This document shows, one piece after another, positions 53,571-61,934 of a DNA stretch of 64,000 nt. The position numbers were made by a program, and so were the translations under genes. The stretch lies in the sequence record OR780565.1; one strand, written 5' to 3'. This DNA is from Escherichia phage DCP2. Under the pieces are notes generated by a model, which was given only the letters and a program-made list of their open reading frames with translations, had not been told where the DNA came from and searched no databases. Positions within the stretch are counted from its first letter, which is position 1. Each line of letters starts with the position of its first letter.

Positions 53571-53571
<1 letters not shown>

Positions 53572-53768
53572 TGGCTTGGCATCATGAAACTTGGGCTATT
53601 GTTATTGTAAATAGTGGTTTAGTTGGTACTAGTAATGGGCAATTTTGTATATTCACTAGTGAAATCAGAGCTTGGGAGGAATGCCTTAAATTAAGAGAAA
53701 AGAATCCTGATGTTGAACTAACAGTAAAGAAAACTAAACTGCCTTTACCATGGAAAACTTATGAATAA
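53571..53768 (+). CDS. hypothetical protein (65 aa)
   Basis: ORF track. Confidence 0.4.
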
Positions 53769-53961
53769 TCTAGAAAAGATTTATCGTCTTTGTGATAAAA
53801 TTGAAAAAGAAAAGAAATATCTATTTTGTCTATGGCCTATTGTTGACGGAAGAGTAGGCTTAGATGTTCTTGATTATGAAACAGAAGACAAAGTAGATGG
53901 TTCAATTTTTGATAACGCTTTGGATGTTATTGATTGGCTTGAAGAAAATTATGTGAGGTAA
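53761..53961 (+). CDS. hypothetical protein (66 aa)
   Basis: ORF track. Confidence 0.4.
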   Translation: MNNLEKIYRLCDKIEKEKKYLFCLWPIVDGRVGLDVLDYETEDKVDGSIFDNALDVIDWLEENYVR

Positions 53962-53963
53962 AT

Positions 53964-54239
53964 ATGTTTCCGACTTACTCTAAAATCGTAGAAGTAGTGT
54001 TTAGCCAAATTATCGCTAATAACATGTTTGAAAAGCTTGATAATGCAGCTGAGCTTCGAATCCACGCTCAAGTGACTCATGTATTGAACGCTTTGCTTCC
54101 AGACCAAGTGGATTCTATTGCAATTACGCTGTATCCAGGTTCCGCGCATATCATTGTCGTATTCGGTCTTGATGCTGAGCTAGTCATCAAAGGCGATATT
54201 CGTTTTGAATCACAGACATCAGAATTCAAAGCAATTTAA
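53964..54239 (+). CDS. hypothetical protein (91 aa)
   Basis: ORF track. Confidence 0.45.
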   Translation: MFPTYSKIVEVVFSQIIANNMFEKLDNAAELRIHAQVTHVLNALLPDQVDSIAITLYPGSAHIIVVFGLDAELVIKGDIRFESQTSEFKAI

Positions 54240-54241
54240 TA

Positions 54242-54271
54242 GTTTACTTTACGGTAGAGTTGTGATATTAT
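54242..54271 (+). promoter_or_regulatory. T4-type early promoter; GGTAGAG/CTCTACC inverted repeat encloses the -10
   Basis: GTTTAC 54242-54247, TATTAT 54266-54271; arms 54253-54259 and 54274-54280. Confidence 0.5.
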
Positions 54272-54300
54272 AGCTCTACCAAACAAATGAGGAAATTGAA

Positions 54301-54537
54301 ATGCTAAGTGAAAAACCAATTACTGTTAAAGAATTCCAAGAAAAAGTTAAACTATTTGCTCAGGAATTGGTAAATAAGGTTTCTGAACGATTTCCTGAAA
54401 CATCGGTTCGTGTTATTACCGAAACTCCTCGTTCAGTATTAGTAATTGTGAATCCAGGTGATGGTGACCAAATAACACATCTCAAATTGGATTTTGATGG
54501 ATTAGTTGAAGCACAAAGGGTGTATGGCGTACTATGA
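54301..54537 (+). CDS. hypothetical protein (78 aa)
   Basis: ORF track; SD GAGGAAA. Confidence 0.45.
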   Translation: MLSEKPITVKEFQEKVKLFAQELVNKVSERFPETSVRVITETPRSVLVIVNPGDGDQITHLKLDFDGLVEAQRVYGVL

Positions 54538-54872
54538 TGAATTTAACTGATATAATTGATAATTGTCTTGAAAATGATACTGGCGATCATAGAGCGCTTG
54601 ACTCTGAAACAGCACAGTTCATTAGAATAACTTTAATGAATGATACTCTAGTGAATAGTATTCATCCTTCTGTGTATGATGCTATTATTGTGACGAAGTA
54701 TCCAGTTGAGCTTCACAAAAAGATGGCTGGTGCAATTTTTATTGATAAGAAAAACCGCTTTAAAGATGGGCAGAATATAATTAGTTCTGTTATTAAAAGT
54801 ATAACTAAACTTCGTCATGAAATTTATCGTGTTGAAACTGCTAAATCTGCTTATCTGGTGATTATGAAATGA
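54534..54872 (+). CDS. hypothetical protein (112 aa)
   Basis: ORF track. Confidence 0.45.
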   Translation: MMNLTDIIDNCLENDTGDHRALDSETAQFIRITLMNDTLVNSIHPSVYDAIIVTKYPVELHKKMAGAIFIDKKNRFKDGQNIISSVIKSITKLRHEIYRVETAKSAYLVIMK

Positions 54873-55450
54873 AAGCGAGTACAGTGCTTCAAATTGCATA
54901 TTTAGTATCACAAGAATCAAAGTGTTGCTCCTGGAAGGTAGGAGCAGTAATTGAAAAGAATGGACGTATTATTTCTACTGGATATAACGGTTCTCCGGCA
55001 GGTGGTGTGAATTGCTGTGATTATGCTGCTGAGCAAGGTTGGTTGTTGAATAAGCCTAAACATACTATCATTCAAGGTCATAAGCCTGAATGCATATCGT
55101 TTGGTTCAACTGATCGTTTTGTTTTGGCGAAAGAACACCGTAGCGCTCACTCTGAATGGTCGTCTAAAAATGAAATTCATGCTGAACTAAATGCAATTTT
55201 GTTTGCTGCACGAAATGGTTCTTCAATTGAAGGTGCTACTATGTATGTAACACTTTCTCCTTGCCCAGATTGTGCAAAAGCAATAGCTCAATCTGGAATT
55301 AAAAAGCTGGTTTATTGTGAAACATACGATAAAAATAAACCTGGCTGGGATGATATTCTGCGAAATGCAGGTATTGAAGTGTTTAATGTTCCTAAGAAAA
55401 ACTTGAATAAGTTAAACTGGGAAAATATCAACGAATTCTGTGGTGAATAA
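54869..55450 (+). CDS. cd: dCMP deaminase (193 aa)
   Basis: Zinc-binding HAE...PCxxC deaminase motifs (HAELNA, SPCPDCAKAI); 193 aa as in T4 Cd. Confidence 0.9.
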   Translation: MKASTVLQIAYLVSQESKCCSWKVGAVIEKNGRIISTGYNGSPAGGVNCCDYAAEQGWLLNKPKHTIIQGHKPECISFGSTDRFVLAKEHRSAHSEWSSKNEIHAELNAILFAARNGSSIEGATMYVTLSPCPDCAKAIAQSGIKKLVYCETYDKNKPGWDDILRNAGIEVFNVPKKNLNKLNWENINEFCGE

Positions 55451-55686
55451 TGAAATTTCGTTTGGTACAACTCACAGCAATTAGTTCTTATTCTAACGAG
55501 AACATCTCATTTGCCGTAGAGTATAAGAAATATTTTTTCTCTAAATGGAAGCAGTATTATAAGTCAGAATGGGTTTGTATTGATAGACCGTATAGCTGGA
55601 AATCTGATTTAGAAAAATGCCAAAAATTGCTTTCCACTCTTAAAGAACGTGGAACAACCCATATTAAAACTGTAATAGGTAAATAA
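55450..55686 (+). CDS. hypothetical protein (78 aa)
   Basis: ORF track. Confidence 0.45.
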   Translation: MKFRLVQLTAISSYSNENISFAVEYKKYFFSKWKQYYKSEWVCIDRPYSWKSDLEKCQKLLSTLKERGTTHIKTVIGK

Positions 55687-55995
55687 ATGAAACTGACAAC
55701 TGAACAAAAAGTAGCAATTCGTGAAATTTTGAAAACTAAATTGTCCATGGGGGTTTCAAACATAGTTTTTGAAAAGTCTGATGGTACTATTCGTACTATG
55801 AAAGGTACTCGTGATGCCGATTTTATGCCAACCATGCAAACCGGTAAATTGACTGAATCTACTCGGAAAGAATCTACTGATATGGTTCCAGTATTTGATG
55901 TTGAGCTTGGTGCATGGCGAGGTTTTTCTATTGACAAATTGATTTCCGTTAATGGTATGAAAGTTGAGCATTTGCTTCAATTTATTGGTAAATAA
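55687..55995 (+). CDS. hypothetical protein (102 aa)
   Basis: ORF track. Confidence 0.45.
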   Translation: MKLTTEQKVAIREILKTKLSMGVSNIVFEKSDGTIRTMKGTRDADFMPTMQTGKLTESTRKESTDMVPVFDVELGAWRGFSIDKLISVNGMKVEHLLQFIGK

Positions 55996-56051
55996 ATGCT
56001 TTAAGAATTATTTGTTATTATTAATTCGTCTGTTAACAAAAAGGAAAAACA

Positions 56052-56387
56052 ATGTCTGAAGTACAACAGCTACCAATTCGTGCTGTCGGTGAATACGTTA
56101 TTTTAGTTTCTGAACCTGCACAAGCCGGTGATGAAGAAGTTACAGAATCAGGACTTATTATCGGTAAACGTGTTCAAGGTGAAGTTCCTGAACTGTGTGT
56201 AGTTCACTCTGTCGGTCCTGATGTTCCTGAAGGTTTCTGTGAAGTTGGTGATTTGACTTCTCTTCCAGTTGGTCAAATTCGAAACGTTCCACACCCTTTT
56301 GTAGCTCTGGGTCTTAAGCAGCCAAAAGAAATTAAACAAAAATTCGTTACCTGTCACTATAAAGCTATTCCGTGTCTTTATAAGTGA
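56052..56387 (+). CDS. 31: co-chaperonin gp31 (GroES-like, 111 aa)
   Basis: [61 protein letters not shown] matches recalled T4 gp31. Confidence 0.9.
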
Positions 56388-56395
56388 TATAAATA
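56388..56395 (+). promoter_or_regulatory. late promoter TATAAATA
   Basis: Exact TATAAATA right after gene 31 stop, ~140 nt upstream of rIII. Confidence 0.55.
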
Positions 56396-56534
56396 ATAAT
56401 ATGAATTGGGTGTCGGAATAATAAGTTAACCGAACAATTCTATGTGGTAGTCTACAACTGAGAGATCTGTCGAAAGAAGATGAAATTCAGAAGAACGTGA
56501 CTACCGAGTTTTAATCTCTAACGAGAATTTTTAA

Positions 56535-56783
56535 ATGATTAAACAATTACAACACGCTCTTGAACTGCAACGAAACGCATGGAATAATGGTCACGAAAAC
56601 TATGGCGCATCTATTGATGTTGAAGCCGAAGCTCTTGAAATCCTGCGTTATTTCAAACATCTGAATCCTGCTCAAACTGCATTAGCTGCTGAGCTTCAGG
56701 AAAAAGATGAACTTAAATATGCTAAGCCTTTGGCTTCTGCCGCACGAAAAGCAGTTCGTCACTTTGTGGTAACACTGAAGTAA
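56535..56783 (+). CDS. rIII: rIII lysis inhibition accessory protein (82 aa)
   Basis: MIKQLQHALELQRNAWNNGHENYGASIDVEAEALEILRYF matches recalled T4 RIII. Confidence 0.9.
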   Translation: MIKQLQHALELQRNAWNNGHENYGASIDVEAEALEILRYFKHLNPAQTALAAELQEKDELKYAKPLASAARKAVRHFVVTLK

Positions 56784-56903
56784 GTATGATGACGGGTTTA
56801 TGGTTATCCTGGTCGTTAAATATTCAAAAACCTATGTTCCCCTTGAGGGCTTGCGCAGGCAATGCCAATAAGTCCTGCATTTTCGTTTAAAAGAGAATTT
56901 ATA

Positions 56904-57080
56904 ATGGCAAAACAAGCTAAAGCAAAGAAAGCAGTTGAAAAGAAAGTTGGTGATTCTAAACGCGCTGGCTACAAGCGTGGGTCGAACTCTCGTATCAATC
57001 AAACTGTTGAGAAGATCATGCGCCGAGCACGTGCGGTTCTTCGAGATGATGCTTCTCGTTTTGGTAAGCAGAAAGCATAA
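56904..57080 (+). CDS. small basic hypothetical protein (58 aa)
   Basis: ATG 56904 (MAKQAKAKKAVEKK...); ORF-track extension upstream is less likely. Confidence 0.45.
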   Translation: MAKQAKAKKAVEKKVGDSKRAGYKRGSNSRINQTVEKIMRRARAVLRDDASRFGKQKA

Positions 57081-57084
57081 GTTG

Positions 57085-57109
57085 AGGACTCCTTCGGGAG
57101 TCCTTTTTT
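57085..57109 (+). terminator. intrinsic terminator AGGACTCC-TTCG-GGAGTCCT + T6 (same sequence as 4503-4528)
   Basis: Perfect stem, TTCG loop, T-run. Confidence 0.85.
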
Positions 57110-57133
57110 ATTTTCCAAAGATTGCATAAAGTT

Positions 57134-57163
57134 GTTTACAGTATGGTTCCTTTGTGATAGTAT
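57134..57163 (+). promoter_or_regulatory. T4-type early promoter with SD-sequestering inverted repeat
   Basis: GTTTAC 57134-57139, TAGTAT 57158-57163; TCCTTTG 57148-57154 pairs with CAAAGGA 57177-57183. Confidence 0.5.
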
Positions 57164-57190
57164 TATCTTACACAAACAAAGGAGAATAAA

Positions 57191-57523
57191 ATGAAAACGA
57201 TTAATCTGAACGCTGCAGTTAAAACTAAATGCTTCAATGGTAAATATGATGAAACTATGTGGTTCTTAATGGCAGTTGAAGGTGATATTATTGAAGTAGA
57301 AACAACAGAAGGTATGGGAACAGATTTCACCTTTACAATTCAAGTTCATAATTTCTTTACTGGTTGGATTTATGAATTGAATACAGTAATCGTTGGAAAA
57401 ATTGAACAAAATGAATTAGGTGAATGGTATTATGTTACAGCTCGCCAACGTGCCGAACGCTTAATTGAGAAGATGAAAAAAGTTGGTAAACTTGACATGC
57501 AGCATTGGAAAGTAGTAAAATAA
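57191..57523 (+). CDS. hypothetical protein (110 aa)
   Basis: ATG with SD AAGGAG. Confidence 0.5.
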   Translation: MKTINLNAAVKTKCFNGKYDETMWFLMAVEGDIIEVETTEGMGTDFTFTIQVHNFFTGWIYELNTVIVGKIEQNELGEWYYVTARQRAERLIEKMKKVGKLDMQHWKVVK

Positions 57524-57525
57524 TT

Positions 57526-57565
57526 GTTTACTTTGGTACAGGATATGATATTATATACCTGTACC
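57526..57565 (+). promoter_or_regulatory. T4-type early promoter; GGTACAGG/CCTGTACC inverted repeat encloses the -10
   Basis: GTTTAC 57526-57531, TATTAT 57549-57554; 8-bp arms 57535-57542 and 57558-57565. Confidence 0.5.
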
Positions 57566-57590
57566 GCAATTAAACATCTTGGAGAATAAA

Positions 57591-57956
57591 ATGAACTACA
57601 TCAACTTTGAACGTAAATATGTTTCTAACGGTATTGCAGGTTCTATTGATACTATTTGCCTTTGGAAACATCAAAATGGATCAGTATGCGAAATTGAGCA
57701 GTATATGACTCCTAATTACGTTTATATGCGATTTGAAAACGGTATCACGGTTTCAATCACGATGGAAGGTTCCAACTTTAAAATCGCTCTGGATGATGAT
57801 TTCCGTGAACGCGATTTAGGGACTCATCCTTGCTGGAATGGCGTTAATCGCAAGCTTTTGGTTAAAACTTGGATTCGTCATATTCTGAGTAACAGAGCTA
57901 AACCTGAGCATCTTGAAGCAATCTTTGATGTAGTTCTTAACGAATTTGATATTTAA
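57591..57956 (+). CDS. hypothetical protein (121 aa)
   Basis: ATG 57591 with SD GGAG; ORF-track start 57579 is TTG. Confidence 0.5.
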   Translation: MNYINFERKYVSNGIAGSIDTICLWKHQNGSVCEIEQYMTPNYVYMRFENGITVSITMEGSNFKIALDDDFRERDLGTHPCWNGVNRKLLVKTWIRHILSNRAKPEHLEAIFDVVLNEFDI

Positions 57957-57964
57957 AATAAATG

Positions 57965-57980
57965 AGGGGCTTTGGCCCCT
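57965..57980 (+). other. hairpin AGGGGC-TTTG-GCCCCT
   Basis: GC stem after ORF stop; no clear T-run. Confidence 0.35.
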
Positions 57981-57996
57981 TACTGAGGAAAATGTT

Positions 57997-58284
57997 ATGT
58001 TTATGACTACTTATTTTGATACCCGTAAAAACTTCTGCGAAGTAGTTTTCTCTAAGGCGCCTAAAGACCTTCCTGCTCATTTGCAGCCTACCAGTGAATC
58101 GATTAAAAACTACGTTAATGTAGTCTGCCCTTTAGAGTTCCGTACTGTAAATGGGCGTGATACTCTAGCTATCACTAAACTCAATCGTGAAATTGACATT
58201 GACCCTTCAATTGCGCGTGAAATTAATATTTCTGACATTGGTGGTGGTAATGTTAAATCGCACGGATTTCAGATGAGGTTCTAA
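57997..58284 (+). CDS. hypothetical protein (95 aa)
   Basis: ATG 57997 with SD GAGGAA. Confidence 0.45.
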   Translation: MFMTTYFDTRKNFCEVVFSKAPKDLPAHLQPTSESIKNYVNVVCPLEFRTVNGRDTLAITKLNREIDIDPSIAREINISDIGGGNVKSHGFQMRF

Positions 58285-58481
58285 TGAAATTCTTTTTGGG
58301 TCAAACTGTTGAATTAAAGGGAGTCGGTATACCTGGATTAATTTCTAAGGTTTTGCCTGCATTTAAATGGAGAGACGTTCAAATAAAAGAAGCTTATATT
58401 GTTTCTTGGGTAGATGGAAATGAAGACCTTCGTATGGGCGATGAATTATCTCCTATCTATGGATTAAAGGAATTAGTATGA
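58284..58481 (+). CDS. hypothetical protein (65 aa)
   Basis: ORF track. Confidence 0.4.
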   Translation: MKFFLGQTVELKGVGIPGLISKVLPAFKWRDVQIKEAYIVSWVDGNEDLRMGDELSPIYGLKELV

Positions 58482-58684
58482 ATATAATTAATAAGATTTT
58501 TGGAATTCAGTACATTAAGGTCACATATAAAGTAACATATAAAGGTCCGTATACCGATGAACATGAAGAACCACAAGTTAAGTCTATTATATTAGAAAAG
58601 GACCCTAACTGGCCAGTTGAATTTCGTCTTCCTTGCTATGGTCATTGGGCTGATGTTGAAATTATAAGTATTGAAAATGTCTGA
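58478..58684 (+). CDS. hypothetical protein (68 aa)
   Basis: ORF track. Confidence 0.4.
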   Translation: MNIINKIFGIQYIKVTYKVTYKGPYTDEHEEPQVKSIILEKDPNWPVEFRLPCYGHWADVEIISIENV

Positions 58685-59135
58685 GCTAGAGATAAGAAGC
58701 AATTTTAGATGGCCATCATGTGCATTAAGCAATTTCGCTCAATGGCCTTTCGTTATGGATGGTATCCAATTTGGAGGTCTCGAAGGATTCCTCCAAGGAT
58801 GTAAGGTGAAAAATGTTGAACAGCAAAGACGTATATTTGGGATGTCCGGGCTTGCCGCCCAACAAGCTGGAAGGTCTTATGCTAGAGCTCAGGACCGTGG
58901 GACCCTCTTTTGGCTTGGAGTTCCATTTTCAAGATACTCTCCAGCATGGAAAGAATTATACACAAATGCATATTTTGAAGCAGCAATCCAAAACAGGGGC
59001 TTTCGTGATGCATTACAAGCCTCGAAAGGAAAAGTTTTGAAGCACAGCATGGCTAGTGGTCTAACAAAAGATGATACAATACTAACCGAAGCTGAATTTA
59101 TTGATGTGTTAAACCTATTAAGAGACTCTCTATGA
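58671..59135 (+). CDS. NADAR / YbiA-like (DUF1768) domain protein (154 aa)
   Basis: N-terminal signature FRWPSCALSNFAQWPFVMDGIQFGGLEGFLQGCK resembles YbiA FSNFAAWP...DG...SEHYFQAQK. Confidence 0.6.
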   Translation: MKMSELEIRSNFRWPSCALSNFAQWPFVMDGIQFGGLEGFLQGCKVKNVEQQRRIFGMSGLAAQQAGRSYARAQDRGTLFWLGVPFSRYSPAWKELYTNAYFEAAIQNRGFRDALQASKGKVLKHSMASGLTKDDTILTEAEFIDVLNLLRDSL

Positions 59136-59971
59136 AGCCAACTATTTTAACTGATATTGATGGAGTATGTTTAAGCTGGCAATCAGGCCTTCCTTATTTT
59201 GCTCAGAAATATAATCTTCCATTAGAACATATTTTAAAAATGATCCAAGATGAGAAATTTATTTCTCCGGGTAAACTCTTTAATTGTGACGAAGAACTTG
59301 GCGTCAAGTTAATTGAAAAATACAATCGTTCAGATTTTATTCGTTACTTGTCTCCGTATAAAGATGCCCTGTGTGTAATTAACAAATTAAAAGAAGATTA
59401 TAATTTTGTAGCTGTTACAGCATTGGGTGATTCTATTGACGCTCTGTTGAATCGTCAATTTAATTTGAATGCTCTTTTTCCTGGTGCTTTCTCGGAAGTA
59501 ATGATGTGTGGTCATGATTCTTCAAAAGAAGAGCTGTTCAAAAAGGCAAAAGAGAAATATAACGTAATTTGTTATATTGACGATCTCGCTCATCACTGCG
59601 ATCATGCGAGTGAAATATTAAATGTTCCTGTTTATTGGATGGCTCGAGGAGAGCGTGACAATATTCCAAAAACTGCGCAGCGAGTTTATACATGGAATGA
59701 TGTAGAAAATAAGCTTTTTTCGCCGAAGGAAAATAAAGAAAGTTTTGATAGTGAAAAAGCTATAAAAGATTTAATTGAGAAGATGGTTAAAAACGATTCT
59801 TTTCCTTGGAACACTACCTGGAGAACGCCTGGATTAAATCCTTATAATCATCTATATCATCCATATCAGACACATCCGTTTCAGACATGGAACTATATTA
59901 AACCTGGTGGCATAGAGTATTTGTATAATAGACCTACTAGTGGTGATAATATTTTTCAAGGAGCATTCTAA
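59132..59971 (+). CDS. HAD-superfamily phosphatase-like protein (279 aa)
   Basis: Motif I ILTDIDGVCL (DxDG), later CYIDDLAHH acidic motif. Confidence 0.55.
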   Translation: MKPTILTDIDGVCLSWQSGLPYFAQKYNLPLEHILKMIQDEKFISPGKLFNCDEELGVKLIEKYNRSDFIRYLSPYKDALCVINKLKEDYNFVAVTALGDSIDALLNRQFNLNALFPGAFSEVMMCGHDSSKEELFKKAKEKYNVICYIDDLAHHCDHASEILNVPVYWMARGERDNIPKTAQRVYTWNDVENKLFSPKENKESFDSEKAIKDLIEKMVKNDSFPWNTTWRTPGLNPYNHLYHPYQTHPFQTWNYIKPGGIEYLYNRPTSGDNIFQGAF

Positions 59972-60240
59972 TGTTTGTTGTTCATACTATTTATGAAAAT
60001 GAAGGTAATACTACACGTGATTACGGTCACGTAAATCAATTTTTTAGATGTAATCCAGAGTTCCGTGCTCAAAAGGATGAACGAATTTTTAAAAAATGTG
60101 TAGAGCAAGGTTTCATTTACGTCAAGCACTGGATGCAAGGAAATAAAGTTAGAACTACATATCATAGGTCTTTGCCTGAGCTTAATGATGAATTGATTTA
60201 TAATAGAGCTGTAAACCAAACCTTGAAGGATGAGCAATGA
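59971..60240 (+). CDS. hypothetical protein (89 aa)
   Basis: ORF track. Confidence 0.45.
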   Translation: MFVVHTIYENEGNTTRDYGHVNQFFRCNPEFRAQKDERIFKKCVEQGFIYVKHWMQGNKVRTTYHRSLPELNDELIYNRAVNQTLKDEQ

Positions 60241-61697
60241 TTCTTGAAATTCTAAATGAAATAGCATCTATTGGTTCAACTAAGCAGAAGCAAGCAATTC
60301 TTGAAAAGAATAAAGATAATGAATTGCTTAAACGAGTATATCGTCTGACTTATTCTCGTGGGTTACAGTATTATATCAAGAAATGGCCTAAACCTGGTAT
60401 TGCTACCCAGAGTTTTGGAATGCTGACTATTACCGATATGCTTGACTTCATTGAATTCACGTTAGCTACTCGGAAATTAACTGGCAATGCAGCAATTGAG
60501 GAATTAACTGGATATATCACCGATGGTAAAAAGGATGATGTTGAAGTTTTGCGTCGAGTTATGATGCGAGACCTTGAATGTGGTGCTTCAGTATCTATTG
60601 CAAACAAAGTTTGGCCAGGTTTAATTCCTGAACAACCTCAAATGCTGGCAAGTTCTTATGATGAAAAAGGCATTAGTAAGAATATCAAGTTTCCAGCTTT
60701 TGCGCAGTTAAAAGCAGATGGAGCTCGGTGTTTTGCTGAAGTCCGAGGCGATGAATTAGATGATGTTCGTCTTTTATCGCGAGCTGGTAATGAATATCTA
60801 GGATTAGATCTTCTTAAGGAAGAGTTAATCAAAATGACTGCTGAAGCCCGCCAGATTCATCCAGAAGGTGTGTTAATTGATGGCGAATTAGTATACCATG
60901 AGCAAGTTGAAAAGGAACCAGAAGGCCTAGATTTTCTTTTTGATGCTCCTGAAATCAGTAAAGCTAAAGAGTTTGCCGAAGTAGCTGAATCTCGTACTGC
61001 TTCTAATGGAATCGCCAATAAATCTTTAAAGGGAACTATTTCAGAAAAAGAAGCCAAATGCATGAAGTTTCAGGTCTGGGATTATGTCCCATTGGTAGAA
61101 ATATACGGTCTTCCGACGTTTCGTTTAAAATATGATGTACGTTTTTCTAAACTAGAACAAATGACATCAGGATATGATAAAGTAATTTTAATTGAAAACC
61201 AGGTAGTAAATAACCTAGATGAAGCTAAGGTAATTTATAAAAAATATATTGACCAAGGTCTTGAAGGTATTATTCTCAAAAATACCGATGGATTGTGGGA
61301 AAATGCTCGTTCAAAAAATCTTTATAAATTTAAAGAAGTAATTGATGTTGATTTAAAAATTGTAGGAATTTATCCTCACCGTAAAGACCCTACTAAAGCG
61401 GGTGGATTTATTCTTGAATCAGAGTGTGGAAAAATTAAAGTAAATGCAGGTTCAGGCTTAAAAGATAAAGCCGGTGTAAAATCACATGAACTTGACCGTA
61501 CTCGCATTATGGAAAACCAAAATTATTATATTGGAAAAATTCTAGAGTGCGAATGCAATGGTTGGTTAAAATCTGATGGCCGCACTGATTACGTTAAATT
61601 ATTTCTTCCAATTGCGATTCGTTTACGTGAAGATAAAACTAAAGCCAATACATTCGAGGATGTATTTGGTGATTTTCATGAGGTAACTGGTCTATGA
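60237..61697 (+). CDS. 30: ATP-dependent DNA ligase gp30 (486 aa)
   Basis: MILEILNEIASIGSTKQKQAILEKNKDNELLKRVYRLTYSRGLQYYIKKWP matches recalled T4 ligase; adenylation motif KADGAR. Confidence 0.95.
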   Translation: MILEILNEIASIGSTKQKQAILEKNKDNELLKRVYRLTYSRGLQYYIKKWPKPGIATQSFGMLTITDMLDFIEFTLATRKLTGNAAIEELTGYITDGKKDDVEVLRRVMMRDLECGASVSIANKVWPGLIPEQPQMLASSYDEKGISKNIKFPAFAQLKADGARCFAEVRGDELDDVRLLSRAGNEYLGLDLLKEELIKMTAEARQIHPEGVLIDGELVYHEQVEKEPEGLDFLFDAPEISKAKEFAEVAESRTASNGIANKSLKGTISEKEAKCMKFQVWDYVPLVEIYGLPTFRLKYDVRFSKLEQMTSGYDKVILIENQVVNNLDEAKVIYKKYIDQGLEGIILKNTDGLWENARSKNLYKFKEVIDVDLKIVGIYPHRKDPTKAGGFILESECGKIKVNAGSGLKDKAGVKSHELDRTRIMENQNYYIGKILECECNGWLKSDGRTDYVKLFLPIAIRLREDKTKANTFEDVFGDFHEVTGL

Positions 61698-61882
61698 AAG
61701 CTTACTTAGAAACAATTGTCGTGGCTCAAAAAGAAGGTGGAGATGTTTCTACTTCTGTATCACAAATCGTTCTCGAATTTGTAGATGCATATGCTTATAA
61801 TAAATTTACAGAAACATTTGATGCCTATGAAAAAGGGCCAAAGTTTGAAATATACCGTACTCTCTTACCATTAGATTATTAA
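61694..61882 (+). CDS. hypothetical protein (62 aa)
   Basis: ATGA overlap with ligase stop. Confidence 0.45.
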   Translation: MKAYLETIVVAQKEGGDVSTSVSQIVLEFVDAYAYNKFTETFDAYEKGPKFEIYRTLLPLDY

Positions 61883-61904
61883 AGGCCTTCGGGCCTTTAA
61901 TTTT
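61881..61904 (+). terminator. intrinsic terminator AAAGGCC-TTCG-GGCCTTT + AATTTT
   Basis: GC stem, TTCG loop, T-rich tail. Confidence 0.75.
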
Positions 61905-61911
61905 ATAAATA
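61904..61911 (+). promoter_or_regulatory. late promoter TATAAATA upstream of alt
   Basis: Exact TATAAATA ~25 nt upstream of the alt ATG. Confidence 0.55.
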
Positions 61912-61934
61912 GAATAAACACTAGAGAGGATATG

